IMG/VR virus record: IMGVR_UViG_3300000942_000002
Coordinates: 1-64,000 of that record
Direction: 5' to 3' (one strand)
Origin: a virus
Lineage: Duplodnaviria > Caudoviricetes
DNA length: 64,000 nt
The position numbers were made by a program, and so were the translations under genes. Under the pieces are notes generated by a model. It was not told the origin of the DNA. It did not search any database and saw nothing but the letters and a program-made list of their open reading frames with translations. Positions 6,985 to 17,480 of the stretch are shown piece by piece. Positions within the stretch are counted from its first letter, which is position 1. Each line of letters opens with the position of its first letter.

Positions 6985-9426
6985 ATGGAGGAAAATAAAA
7001 CTAAGCCTAAACAAAATGAAAGGTTAAGTATTACTAAGAAGAATGCTAATAAAAAACAATGGTATAAAGATAAAGCTAACGAGCTCGATGCAGAGCACAA
7101 TGGTTTAACGATTTCTTATGGTGGAATATCTGACTATAAGAGGATGAAAGTTAATTACAATTTGTTTAACAACATTTTAGACCTTCAGGACTTTGAATAC
7201 GTATGCAAGCCATTTGGTGCAGAGGCAGGAGAACTTCCAGCAACTATGGTGAACAGGGATATCTCTTCTGGAAAGATAAAAGCTCTTTTAGGTATGGAAA
7301 TGAAGAGACCTTTTTCTTGGAGAGTTATAGCAACAAATTCAGAAGCCACTACAAGAAAAGAACAAGAAGAATTTGGGCAGATAAAAAACTTTGTGATCTC
7401 GGAAATTCTAGGGCCGATTAGGACAGAAATCGAAACACAGGTTGCCCAGGAAAATGCAGGTAAACAACTATCTGAAGAAGAGATGGCCGGGATTCAACAA
7501 AGAATCCAAGAAGAGTTAAATGCAAGAACTCCAGATCAAGTTAAAAAATATATGGAGAGGGAACATCAAGATCCCTCTGAAGTAATGAGTCATCAATTAT
7601 TAGAATACCTTATACAGAAAACTGATATCAGAAGAAAATTTAACGAAGCTTTTAAACACCTTAGTCTTTCAGCAAAAGAGGCTATGTACATAGGTATATT
7701 AAATGGCCACCCTGAAGTTTGGAATGTAAACTCCTTGAGAATAAATCCTAAACTATCAAGTATTTCTCCTTTTATTGAAGATAGTGAAGCTTTATCTGTA
7801 GAATATAGAATGACTCCTTCCGAGATTATACAATATTTTGGGGATGAATTATCTACAACAGAAATTGATAAGATATACTCTGAATATATAATGAGTAATT
7901 CTGAAGATGATCTTTTTGATATTGCAGAAAAAAATGATTCTCTTGATGGAGAGTACAGGGATTATTCAAATCTAAGAGTGGTCCACACTATGTGGAAAGC
8001 TCTTAGAAAATTAGCTTTTCTTACTTATTTAGATGAGAATGGTAAGGAGCAAATGATGATCGTTGATGAAAAGTATAAACTAGATGAAGAAGCTGGGGAT
8101 ATAAAAATAGAGTATGAGTGGTTACCAGAATCTTATGAAACTTGGAAAATAGGTCCAGACATTTATGTAAACATGAGGCCTATCCCAGGACAGTTCAAAG
8201 ATTTAGACAACCTCCACAATTGTAAATTTCCTTACTATGGAGTTTATGTAGATGATATGAACTCTGTCCCAACTGCCCCTATGGATAGATTAAAAGTTTA
8301 CCAGTATTACTATAACATAGTAATGTATCGTCTAGAATTACTTTTAGCCTCAGATAAAGGTAAAAAAGTAATGATGAATATAAATGCTGTGCCAGATAGT
8401 GCTGGGATAGATATAGAAAAGTGGCAATACTTTTTTGAAAGTTCTCCATTTATGTGGTTTGACCCAAATGAAGAGGGGACTGGATATGCTGATGTTAACA
8501 CAATGGCAAAGACTATTGATCTTTCTTTGGCATCTGATATTGGTAAATACATAGAATTTGCAGAGTACCTTAAAAGACAAGCTGGAGCATCAGTAGGAAT
8601 TACAGAAGCTGTTGAAGGTCAGGCAGGTCCTGGAGACTCTGTTGGGAATAATAGACAAAACTTAATACAAACTTCAAACATACTTGAACCGTATTTTGAT
8701 ATTCATAATTCATTTAAAAAGAATGTTTTAACTGCTCTCATTGAGACAGCAAAGATTGCTTATTCAAACAAAAAGTCTGTGAAGCTTTCTTATGTTTTAG
8801 ATGACATGTCAGTAAAAACTTTTGATTTAGATGTAAATCTTTTAGATAATTCTACACTAGGCCTGTTTGTTGCAAATTCTACAAAAGCTGAAGAAGCTAT
8901 GCAAACAATTAGACAATTAGCTCATGCAGCAATGCAAGGGCAAAAAGCAGAGTTATCTGATATTCTTTCTGTGATCAGACAAGAAGGTATAGTGGAAGCA
9001 GAAGAAACTCTTAAAGTAGCAGAGAAAGATAGAAAAGCTGAAGAGCAAGCTATGCAAGATAAAGCTGCTAAACAACAACAAGAACTTGAAAAACTTCAAC
9101 AACAAGGTAAACAACAAGAGCATGAAAATGAAAAAGAACTTATTGTTCTTAAAGAAACTGAAAGAAGAAAAACTGTTGTAGCTCAGTCTGCTCTTACTGG
9201 AATGTCTTTTAACCCTGATACTGATAATGACAATGATGGCGTTAATGATTTCTTAGAAGTAGCTAGACATGGTGTAGACGCTGAGATCAAAAGAGGTAAG
9301 AATCAGTTAGACAGAGAAAAATTTGAACATCAAAAAGGGGTTGACAAGGAAAAACTTAAGATAGAAAAGAAAAAAGCTGATAACCAAGTCAACAAAGGAA
9401 ATAAAGGAAACGCTATTACACACTAA
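6985..9426 (+). CDS. Portal protein
   Basis: 813 aa following terL; helical, coiled-coil C-terminus; crAss-like synteny. Confidence 0.88.
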   Translation: MEENKTKPKQNERLSITKKNANKKQWYKDKANELDAEHNGLTISYGGISDYKRMKVNYNLFNNILDLQDFEYVCKPFGAEAGELPATMVNRDISSGKIKALLGMEMKRPFSWRVIATNSEATTRKEQEEFGQIKNFVISEILGPIRTEIETQVAQENAGKQLSEEEMAGIQQRIQEELNARTPDQVKKYMEREHQDPSEVMSHQLLEYLIQKTDIRRKFNEAFKHLSLSAKEAMYIGILNGHPEVWNVNSLRINPKLSSISPFIEDSEALSVEYRMTPSEIIQYFGDELSTTEIDKIYSEYIMSNSEDDLFDIAEKNDSLDGEYRDYSNLRVVHTMWKALRKLAFLTYLDENGKEQMMIVDEKYKLDEEAGDIKIEYEWLPESYETWKIGPDIYVNMRPIPGQFKDLDNLHNCKFPYYGVYVDDMNSVPTAPMDRLKVYQYYYNIVMYRLELLLASDKGKKVMMNINAVPDSAGIDIEKWQYFFESSPFMWFDPNEEGTGYADVNTMAKTIDLSLASDIGKYIEFAEYLKRQAGASVGITEAVEGQAGPGDSVGNNRQNLIQTSNILEPYFDIHNSFKKNVLTALIETAKIAYSNKKSVKLSYVLDDMSVKTFDLDVNLLDNSTLGLFVANSTKAEEAMQTIRQLAHAAMQGQKAELSDILSVIRQEGIVEAEETLKVAEKDRKAEEQAMQDKAAKQQQELEKLQQQGKQQEHENEKELIVLKETERRKTVVAQSALTGMSFNPDTDNDNDGVNDFLEVARHGVDAEIKRGKNQLDREKFEHQKGVDKEKLKIEKKKADNQVNKGNKGNAITH

Positions 9427-9471
9427 ATAAAATTTTTTCACATTTATATTAATTATTATTAATATTTAATT

Positions 9472-9479
9472 TATATTTG
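9472..9479 (+). promoter_or_regulatory. Candidate -7 element (TATATTTG) before scaffold/capsid genes
   Basis: Matches TAnnTTTG in an AT-rich intergenic gap. Confidence 0.55.
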
Positions 9480-9484
9480 CACCT

Positions 9485-10663
9485 ATGGATGAAATAGATA
9501 ACAACGATGATTTTTCAGGTTTCATAGACACTGATGTATCTGATGTGGATTTTTTCACAGTAGAGGATAATCCGGAACCAGATGAAAAATCTAAAAAAGG
9601 GACTCCAGGTTCTGAAGATAGTAAGAACAATGGAGCAGAAGAAGAGGAAGAAACAGAAGAAATAGAGGATGACAATCTTTTTAACCAAGATGATAATGAA
9701 GATGATGACCCTGGAGAGGGTACTCAAGGAGGAGATGATGACGAAGAAGAGGAAGAAGAACAAGAAACTCCAGAAGGGAATTCAATAACAACTTTAAGTG
9801 TTCTACAAGATAAAGGCCTCATAGAATATGAACTAGAAGAAGGAGAAACTCTCACAGACGAAAAAGCAGCAGAAATTTTAGAGGATTCTTTAGACACCAT
9901 GTTTGAAGACCGTTTAGAAGAGTTATTTGAAAATGTACCTGATATTGTAAAAGAGATCAATAAATTTGTTATCAAAGGAGGAGATATAAATGCTTACCTT
10001 CAAGCAGTTTCAGTACAAAATCAAACAGGTTTAACTAAAGATTTGGATTTAGAGGAAGAAGCTAATCAAGAATTAGTGATCCGTCATGGGTTAAAAGAAG
10101 AAGGGTATGACGATGAATACATAACTGCTCAGATTGAATTTCTTAAAGATTCAAATCGATTAAAAAAACATTCAGAGACCCATTATAAAAAGTGGGACGA
10201 GAAAAGAAAAGAAGAACAAAAATCTATTCTTAAATCTCAAGAACAAGTTCAAAAGAGAGAGAAGGAACAGCGTAGAGCTCTAAAAGGTAAAGTAACAACT
10301 TTCCTAAAAGAGACTGAAGAAGTTACAGGATTCACTGTTACAAAACAAGATAGAAAAGTACTACCAAATTACATGTCTGACAGAAATGTTAAACTAGAAA
10401 ATGGTGGACAAATCACTGCAATGCAGAGAGATTTAATGAGAGTTTTAAATAGCCCTACAGGGTCTGTTCAGATTGCTAAATTATTACAAGCAGCAAGTGA
10501 GGACGGAGAATTAAATTTTGAAGAAATCAAAAAAGAGACAACAACAAAGGTAGCAAAGCAGGTTAGGGACAATGTTAGGCGAGATAAAAAAAGGATTATA
10601 ACAAATTCAGGGGGAGGAAAAAACTCAAAGCCAAAAAGACCTCTAGCTGATTATTTTAATTAA
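9485..10663 (+). CDS. Scaffold-like protein with acidic N-terminus
   Basis: Asp/Glu-rich N-terminus, coiled coil, immediately upstream of the major capsid gene. Confidence 0.7.
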   Translation: MDEIDNNDDFSGFIDTDVSDVDFFTVEDNPEPDEKSKKGTPGSEDSKNNGAEEEEETEEIEDDNLFNQDDNEDDDPGEGTQGGDDDEEEEEEQETPEGNSITTLSVLQDKGLIEYELEEGETLTDEKAAEILEDSLDTMFEDRLEELFENVPDIVKEINKFVIKGGDINAYLQAVSVQNQTGLTKDLDLEEEANQELVIRHGLKEEGYDDEYITAQIEFLKDSNRLKKHSETHYKKWDEKRKEEQKSILKSQEQVQKREKEQRRALKGKVTTFLKETEEVTGFTVTKQDRKVLPNYMSDRNVKLENGGQITAMQRDLMRVLNSPTGSVQIAKLLQAASEDGELNFEEIKKETTTKVAKQVRDNVRRDKKRIITNSGGGKNSKPKRPLADYFN

Positions 10664-10677
10664 AAACAAACAAATTT

Positions 10678-12168
10678 ATGGCAACAAGAATTAACAAATT
10701 GCAAGTTAGACAAGCAAAGTTCAATTCAACCAGAATGACAGATTTGAACCATTGGAGTAACCAACTGGCAATCAAACCTACTGTTTTTGAAGCTCCTACA
10801 AGAGCATTGTTTGCTTCAAAAACTAACAACCTTAACCTATCAACAGGTAATGTTCTTGAGGGTATCTTTGGTTTAGGTAAAACTAAATACATCGATGACT
10901 TGAACTGGTCTTGGAAAATGAAAGTTAAAGGTTTCAGACCAATGACTATTTTAGAAAACAGAACTGCTGGAGCAACTCCAGGAAAGTATCGTCAACCAAT
11001 TAAAGTTTTAGTTGATGTTGATATCTTTGCTATTGGAGAATCAATTAGTCCAGGTTCTTCTGATAAATCTCAAGTAGTTGTGGTTAAAGATAAAGTTAAA
11101 GAAGGAGCACGTGGATATGTTTACACTTTAGAAACATATACTGAAGGTGCTGAACACTTCATTAACCCTAAATATCTTAAGCCAGGAACTAAGTGGACAC
11201 GTATGTTTACTATGAGAGGTGAAGCTGCTGAAAGTGGTTCTCACACAGAAAACTACACTAACGTAGAGTACAAGAATTCTCTTGTTAAACTACGTAAAGA
11301 GTATAAAGTTACTGACTTTGCTGCTCAAGCTGTAGTAGAAATTGCTTTCCAAGACGATGATGGAAAAGTACGTAAGTCTTGGATGGACAAGCAAGAAGCA
11401 GATTATTACATGGCAATGAACAAAGAAATGGCTATCCATGCTCTTTATTCTCGTCTTGGTGATCAACCTCTTATTGACCCAGATTCAGGATACCCAATTA
11501 ACCCTGGTGCTGGAATGGAACAGCAAATTGGTTTTGGTGGAAATGTAGAACGTTATACTACAATGTCTGCTGAACTTATTGAAGCATTCTTTGATAGAAT
11601 TGTTTACTCTCGTATTAATCCAGGTGATTTAGGAGAAGTAATGGGTCTTTCAGGACACTATGGAATGAAAGAATATTCTAAAGCTCTTGATCTCTGGACA
11701 GGTGGAAAAGCTATTATCCGTGAGAGTTCTACCTTCATTAAAGATGGTAGTGGAGGAAAGAAAATCCATAATAATTCTCTAAGAACTGGGTACCAGTTTG
11801 TTACTTATGATCTTCCAAATGGAGGTAGTTTCAAATTAGTGCACAACCCATTGAATGATGATAAGTCTATTCACAGGGATATCGATCCTCTTACTGGAGT
11901 ACCTTTACAGTCTCAAAGAATCACAATTCTTGATGTAACTGGTGGTAGTGGAGACAGTCTTGCAAAAGATAACATCTGCTTAGTAAGAAAGAATAAAGTT
12001 TATGGTAGTACTCGTATCTTAGGTAGAGTTGGACCTGGAGGTGTAAGCACTGGTGACAGAGCTACGCACTCAGGAGACTACTACGAGGTACACATCAGTG
12101 ATAGTATTGGAGTTCAAATTACAGACTCTACTGTAACTGGAGAATTAGTAAAAACTGTAAACGAATAA
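10678..12168 (+). CDS. Major capsid protein (crAss-like)
   Basis: 496 aa after portal and scaffold; high-expression codon bias (cgt, ggt, gct). Confidence 0.88.
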   Translation: MATRINKLQVRQAKFNSTRMTDLNHWSNQLAIKPTVFEAPTRALFASKTNNLNLSTGNVLEGIFGLGKTKYIDDLNWSWKMKVKGFRPMTILENRTAGATPGKYRQPIKVLVDVDIFAIGESISPGSSDKSQVVVVKDKVKEGARGYVYTLETYTEGAEHFINPKYLKPGTKWTRMFTMRGEAAESGSHTENYTNVEYKNSLVKLRKEYKVTDFAAQAVVEIAFQDDDGKVRKSWMDKQEADYYMAMNKEMAIHALYSRLGDQPLIDPDSGYPINPGAGMEQQIGFGGNVERYTTMSAELIEAFFDRIVYSRINPGDLGEVMGLSGHYGMKEYSKALDLWTGGKAIIRESSTFIKDGSGGKKIHNNSLRTGYQFVTYDLPNGGSFKLVHNPLNDDKSIHRDIDPLTGVPLQSQRITILDVTGGSGDSLAKDNICLVRKNKVYGSTRILGRVGPGGVSTGDRATHSGDYYEVHISDSIGVQITDSTVTGELVKTVNE

Positions 12169-12185
12169 AAATTTAAAATATAAAC

Positions 12186-13007
12186 ATGGTAGATAAAGAT
12201 TTAAAAATAGAAATCAGACCAATACCAGGAAGAAATGGTATTAAAAGTTTTTCAGAGAACTTAGAATACTTTTCTCAAGCACATATTTTAGCTCCTTTTG
12301 TAAATCCTGTTACGTTGAAATACGTGACAGGGCTTACTGAGGAAGATAAGAAATATCTAGAAAAAGGGAACTTCCCTTACAACATAGAAGATACTTATCG
12401 AAAAGGTGTGCCTCATGAATTCTGGGAAAGTCAAATCGTAAAGGTAGAATTAAGAAATAGTCCAATCTTTTTATATCCAGGAAAAAATCAAATTGACTTC
12501 ATAAAATATAAATATTTGTTAGTAAATAACTATATTTACAATTCTGAAGAACAATTGAAAACTGGAAGTAAGCCCGAGGCTACACACTACATTTATAATG
12601 AAAGTACAGCCAACAAGCTAAAAGCTTCTAAACTTGAAAAAAGAAACTCGCTGATCAAAAGAATTGCTGATCTGTCATTAACAAGAAAAAGGCAAATTGT
12701 CTTGATTATTCTTAATGAAAACACAGATAACAAAGATGAGGATTATTTAACAGTAAGATTTGAGGACATAATTAAAAATAAAGAGTTATCTTTGGAACTT
12801 GAAATGTTACTCGACAAAGAATCTGATGAAATAACATTATCTGCTGATATAAAATCGGCTATTCAGAAAAATGTACTTAAACGTACAAAAAAAGGAATTT
12901 TTTATTTTGAAACTAACTTAGGTTTCACTGAGGAGGACGTAAGAAAAACATTAGGTTCTCCTGATAATCAAGAGATTTTATTAAACATAAAATCTAAAAT
13001 ACAATAA
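12186..13007 (+). CDS. Conserved crAss-like capsid-module protein
   Basis: Synteny directly after the major capsid gene; function unknown. Confidence 0.7.
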   Translation: MVDKDLKIEIRPIPGRNGIKSFSENLEYFSQAHILAPFVNPVTLKYVTGLTEEDKKYLEKGNFPYNIEDTYRKGVPHEFWESQIVKVELRNSPIFLYPGKNQIDFIKYKYLLVNNYIYNSEEQLKTGSKPEATHYIYNESTANKLKASKLEKRNSLIKRIADLSLTRKRQIVLIILNENTDNKDEDYLTVRFEDIIKNKELSLELEMLLDKESDEITLSADIKSAIQKNVLKRTKKGIFYFETNLGFTEEDVRKTLGSPDNQEILLNIKSKIQ

Positions 13008-13009
13008 TT

Positions 13010-14080
13010 ATGAGACATACAATAGCAGAAAATAAACAGCTTTTTAATGTTAAAGGGATTGCAGATGGTGTTACTTTAGATGCTCTAGCAGATGGTCAGC
13101 TTGGGATCTTTCCAGCAGATTCAGATACTAGTATTCCAGCAACAGCAATAGCTTTTGCAGATCTTCCAGAAGAATTTAGAATTGTTTCTAAATTAAATGG
13201 AGAGGTTTATTACAGTTTTGACACAATTAAAAAATCAGAAATTCGTCATTTCCAAAGTAAAGCTTATCAACCAGAGGTTGTTAACATTTGGAAAGGGGTT
13301 GTTGAACATTGTGACTGTATCAAGACAGCCTTAGTAAAGATTGGTATCGAAGAAGAATCTTTGATCCGCAGAAATGGTCTTACATGGGCAGACACTGATA
13401 ATATCGTTGAAGGTGCTCCAAAAGAACTGACTTGTGTTTGTGACTGTACTGGGAAACCTGTATATGATAATCACTTAATGACAAAAGCTCTTTGGAAAAA
13501 AATCAATTCAATTGATTCTCCTTTCTACCTTGCAAAAGTTGAAACTGAAGCAGGTGTAGCATTAGCAGATGAAGCAGCTATCGATGCATTTATTGCATTA
13601 CATGAAGCTGCTAATACAGATGACAATGAGATTAATGATAGTGAAAAACTAGTATTAGTTATTGAAGGTAAGCCAGCAGGTACCCGAAATTACAAGGACC
13701 TTGATGTAAATTATATCTTCCCTAGAGGAGTTAAATTATTCCCTTCTATTACTCTTAATGACGGTGCTTCTTGCATTGAATTGACAGAGACTCAAGATTT
13801 ATCTTATGAGTTAGGAGCTGGAGCAGATCTTAGAGCAGCAGAATTTGAGTGCATGTCATTATACACTCGTCTAAATTACTACCCTCAATTACATGACGGT
13901 ATTGCTCAAGAAGATTTGATTTATCAATTTGAAAACGGTGCTCAATATAACACTGTAGATTTTGAATTTTACACTGAGAAAGTAAATAGAAATGATGGTG
14001 ACAAACGTTCTTTTGGAGTTTGTTTAGCAACTGATGATGCTGCTATCTTTGGTAGACTAGAAACTTTATTTGCAGCCTAA
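13010..14080 (+). CDS. Putative auxiliary capsid (decoration) protein
   Basis: Capsid-like codon bias, beta-rich, position in module. Confidence 0.55.
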   Translation: MRHTIAENKQLFNVKGIADGVTLDALADGQLGIFPADSDTSIPATAIAFADLPEEFRIVSKLNGEVYYSFDTIKKSEIRHFQSKAYQPEVVNIWKGVVEHCDCIKTALVKIGIEEESLIRRNGLTWADTDNIVEGAPKELTCVCDCTGKPVYDNHLMTKALWKKINSIDSPFYLAKVETEAGVALADEAAIDAFIALHEAANTDDNEINDSEKLVLVIEGKPAGTRNYKDLDVNYIFPRGVKLFPSITLNDGASCIELTETQDLSYELGAGADLRAAEFECMSLYTRLNYYPQLHDGIAQEDLIYQFENGAQYNTVDFEFYTEKVNRNDGDKRSFGVCLATDDAAIFGRLETLFAA

Positions 14081-14096
14081 CTAAAAAACTGATCTT

Positions 14097-14798
14097 GTGA
14101 CTATAAAAGATATGCACTACGACTTCAAAACGAAGTTGAACAAAATAGACAGTCAACAATACAGGAATCTTCGGATCCCTGAAATTGATTGGAAGCTTAA
14201 TGAAGCATATGAACTTTTTGTTAAAATGGTCGCAAAACCTAGACTCAGAAATAAATTAGGCTTTGAGACTTCTCAAAGAAATATAGATGACATTAGAACA
14301 ATAGTTGTAAAAGACTATTGTTCTCCTGTTGTTGATGGGGTGGCCACACTACCTGATAATTACTGGCACTTTATAAGTGGAGATGCTATAATGGATAAAA
14401 ATAATTGTGTGGGATTTAAAGGTACTGTAAGAATTAGACAACATGATGATGAATTTGAAAATAGTCCTTTTGACAACTCTTCTTTTGAATGGAGAGAAGT
14501 TAATGGGGTTTTTTATGAAGAAGGTGTAAAACTTTTTACAGATGGTACTTTTACAAACAGGGATTTTTGTATGAATTATATAAAAAAGCTTCAATATATA
14601 CATAATGCTGAAGATTTTAGATCAGGAAGTTATAGACTTCCCTCTGGAATTCTACTATCAGGGTCTGTGGATTGTGAATTGCCAGAACAAACTCACAGAG
14701 AAATTGTAGATATTGCTGTGGCCTTAGCTTCTAGTGAGCTACAAAATCCAGACCATCAAACAAAATTACAAAAACTTAATCTTAACAATCTATTATAA
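14097..14798 (+). CDS. Tail ring (tubular) protein
   Basis: N-terminus MTIKDMHYDFKTKLNKIDS...EIDWKLNEA and C-terminal LPEQTHREIVDIAV are typical of crAss-like ring proteins; GTG start. Confidence 0.7.
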   Translation: MTIKDMHYDFKTKLNKIDSQQYRNLRIPEIDWKLNEAYELFVKMVAKPRLRNKLGFETSQRNIDDIRTIVVKDYCSPVVDGVATLPDNYWHFISGDAIMDKNNCVGFKGTVRIRQHDDEFENSPFDNSSFEWREVNGVFYEEGVKLFTDGTFTNRDFCMNYIKKLQYIHNAEDFRSGSYRLPSGILLSGSVDCELPEQTHREIVDIAVALASSELQNPDHQTKLQKLNLNNLL

Positions 14799-15841
14799 TG
14801 GCACAATTTAATTTTACAACAAAACAAGATACTTATTTAGTTACAAATGAAGAACCAACTGCCATTACTTTTGAAGTTAAAAAACTCTATGATTGTGTAG
14901 ATTATTTAACTGTGTTTGATGGAGTAATTCAACCTGGAGAAACCAGGAAATTTGAATTTAATGAAGACGCAGAATATCAAATTATTCTGGATGGAACTGA
15001 CACAATAATCATTAGACACTATCTCAGATTACTCACTTCAATTATTGAAGGTGTATTAGAAACAGTGTGTGATTGCAACTGTGGGTGTGATTGCAGTGAA
15101 GAAGAAGAAACAATGATGTGTAAACTGTTAATGCTTAGGGCAAAATTAGATTTATACAGAAAATTAAAAAATCCAGAAGGAGCTGTTTACTATAATGCAA
15201 TAGACACATATGCAAAAAGGTTAATTGAAGAGCCTGTTTATTGTGCAGTAAATAAGGAAATTATACTTGGGGAATCTGAGTGTAATTTAAAACTAGTGAA
15301 ACAATTAGTAGGTTTAGACTACTTAGCTATATATTTTAACGAGTTTTCTCAAGCTTATCTAACTGAAGATAAGCAATATGTTAGAGAAAAATTTAACACA
15401 AAAACAATTTTCTGTTGTATCCAATCTTTAGGGATAGATATTGGAGATATAGAAGACATTATAAATGACTATAATATGGGATTATTTACAATTAACAGTG
15501 GAGCTTACGTGAATCAACCACCTTCTGCTGTAGGAGATTATGAGCTAACTGTTGCAAATAGAGCTGTAACTGCTTTAACTTTAGCAATGTTTACAACTTT
15601 AACTACACCAGCTTTTTCAGACCCAGAAGGAGATGCTCCAGAGGCAGTGAGAATTGATAGCTTACCTATAGATGGAACTCTAAAATTAGGTATCACAAAT
15701 GTTACTGTAGGACAAGTTATATTAGCTGCTGATATTAATGCAGGTAATCTGACTTATGAATCTCCTAATCAAGATCTTTTAGATCAAGATACCTTTACTT
15801 TTTCTGTAAGTGATGTAGGATCAGGTTTATTTGCAAGTTAA
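14798..15841 (+). CDS. Putative tail hub / fibre-attachment protein with C-terminal cadherin/Ig-like domain
   Basis: Cys-rich middle (CDCNCGCDC); C-terminal NQPP...FSDPEGD...GTL...G.LTY...DTFTFSVSD. Confidence 0.55.
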   Translation: MAQFNFTTKQDTYLVTNEEPTAITFEVKKLYDCVDYLTVFDGVIQPGETRKFEFNEDAEYQIILDGTDTIIIRHYLRLLTSIIEGVLETVCDCNCGCDCSEEEETMMCKLLMLRAKLDLYRKLKNPEGAVYYNAIDTYAKRLIEEPVYCAVNKEIILGESECNLKLVKQLVGLDYLAIYFNEFSQAYLTEDKQYVREKFNTKTIFCCIQSLGIDIGDIEDIINDYNMGLFTINSGAYVNQPPSAVGDYELTVANRAVTALTLAMFTTLTTPAFSDPEGDAPEAVRIDSLPIDGTLKLGITNVTVGQVILAADINAGNLTYESPNQDLLDQDTFTFSVSDVGSGLFAS

Positions 15842-15844
15842 TTT

Positions 15845-17191
15845 ATGGCAGTATTTACAATAAATAGCGCAGAACTTAATGTAGTTCTAGAATCAATGAC
15901 CTTAAGTGTAGATAATGTCACAAGTTTAAGTTTTAGTTTGTGGGGTCTTAATGATGAAGAAGTTACAATAGAATGGGGAGATGGTACTTCTTCAAGTGCT
16001 ATTATTAAAAATACTTTCCCTAGTCCTACTTTTTCAAAAAGTTATGGAACTCCTTATACAGGAGTTATTACAGTTAAAGCTCAAGATCTTACAAATATTA
16101 CTAGATTTATTTCTGGAAGTAAGTGGGCCTACACTATGACAGAAATAGCTAATTTTGATGGACTACTTATTTTAAATAATAGCTCAAATACTACATCAAC
16201 TATTTCAGGGAATATTTCAGATCTTCCAAATACCTTAACAAATATTAGTCTATATGGTAACACTATAACTGGTAATATAAACACAAAACCTAATATTCAA
16301 ACTTTCCTTATTCAAGGAAATAATACTCTTAGTGGAGATATAGGTTTAATGCCTAATACAACTTATTTTGAGTTTTCTGGTCAAAATACAATTACAGGAG
16401 ATATAGGTTTAGTTAATGTTGCCACGACTTCTTTAAATATACATGGGCAAAACACTGTATTTGGAGATATAGTTAATATGCCCACATCTGTATCAACTTT
16501 GAGACTTTCTGGACTAAATACTGTGACAGGAAATATTAATAGTTTTAATCCAGATGCAGGAAATATGAGTATAAATGTAAGTGGGCAGAATACAATATTT
16601 GGGGATGTCACAACTATATTACCAACGATTAATGCTTTTAATATAGGAGGTTTAAACACTTTAACAGGAAATTTAGGTAATATGCCTCCTTCTTTTGGTT
16701 TTATGGATTTATCTGGTCCAAGCCATAATATATCGGGTACATTGACAAATATAGACTATCAGCTAACTTTAAATGGAGGTATAGGTACTATAACTGGGCC
16801 TGTAGATAATTATCAGGCTCCAAATAAAATAGATGTCAATGGATCCCATTCTGGTATCACTTTAAGTGATTTTGGTTTGATAGATAAGACACAAGGTAAA
16901 ATTGACTTCGGATTTCAAGCTGCTGGGTTTGCAGGAGATTTAACTTATACTGCTGGTTTATGGAATCTAGGTGCAACTAATAAAATAAGAATTTCTTGGA
17001 ATAGCACTGGGAATGGTATGAGTCCTGCTGAAAAAGATCAATTTTTAATCGATCTAAATAACTCAAACTTTGATAAAGGACCAAGTGTTATCTCTATGTC
17101 TACAAATTCTCTTCCTAGAACTTCTGCTTCTGATGCTGCTAGAGCACAACTTATTGCAGATGGAGTACTATTTTTAGGTTCAGATCTTTAA
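15845..17191 (+). CDS. Virion protein with PKD-like N-terminus and leucine-rich-repeat-like solenoid
   Basis: IEWGDG motif, about nine 22-23 aa G.NT[ILV][TSF]G[DN][ILV] repeats, capping motif RTSASDAARAQL. Confidence 0.65.
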   Translation: MAVFTINSAELNVVLESMTLSVDNVTSLSFSLWGLNDEEVTIEWGDGTSSSAIIKNTFPSPTFSKSYGTPYTGVITVKAQDLTNITRFISGSKWAYTMTEIANFDGLLILNNSSNTTSTISGNISDLPNTLTNISLYGNTITGNINTKPNIQTFLIQGNNTLSGDIGLMPNTTYFEFSGQNTITGDIGLVNVATTSLNIHGQNTVFGDIVNMPTSVSTLRLSGLNTVTGNINSFNPDAGNMSINVSGQNTIFGDVTTILPTINAFNIGGLNTLTGNLGNMPPSFGFMDLSGPSHNISGTLTNIDYQLTLNGGIGTITGPVDNYQAPNKIDVNGSHSGITLSDFGLIDKTQGKIDFGFQAAGFAGDLTYTAGLWNLGATNKIRISWNSTGNGMSPAEKDQFLIDLNNSNFDKGPSVISMSTNSLPRTSASDAARAQLIADGVLFLGSDL

Positions 17192-17202
17192 TCAATTTTA
17201 AT

Positions 17203-17424
17203 ATGTGTCAAAAGAGATTAGATAATTTAATTGGGAGAGTTTCAGCAATGGAACAAAATTGTAAGTGTACAGATTGTGAAGATCCAGGAGAAATTCCTAT
17301 ATTCGCAAATATAACTTTGGATCTAAAAGTAAATTTTCAACTTGGAGGACCTCAGTTTTTTGAAAATGTAACTTGGACTATTTTGTCAGAAACTAGTCCA
17401 GGAGTTTTTAGTCGGAAGACATAA
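17203..17424 (+). CDS. Short fibre-like module, possibly truncated
   Basis: N-terminal coiled coil RVSAMEQN resembles those of neighbouring modules. Confidence 0.55.
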   Translation: MCQKRLDNLIGRVSAMEQNCKCTDCEDPGEIPIFANITLDLKVNFQLGGPQFFENVTWTILSETSPGVFSRKT

Positions 17425-17480
17425 CAATTAATGCTTCTGTAGCCCCAGGTAATTCAGGGCCAATAAAAATATAAATAATT

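Noticed and set aside
9560-9780. GAA/GAT-rich low-complexity stretch
   Set aside because: Explained by poly-Asp/Glu coding in the scaffold-like protein; not an independent repeat element
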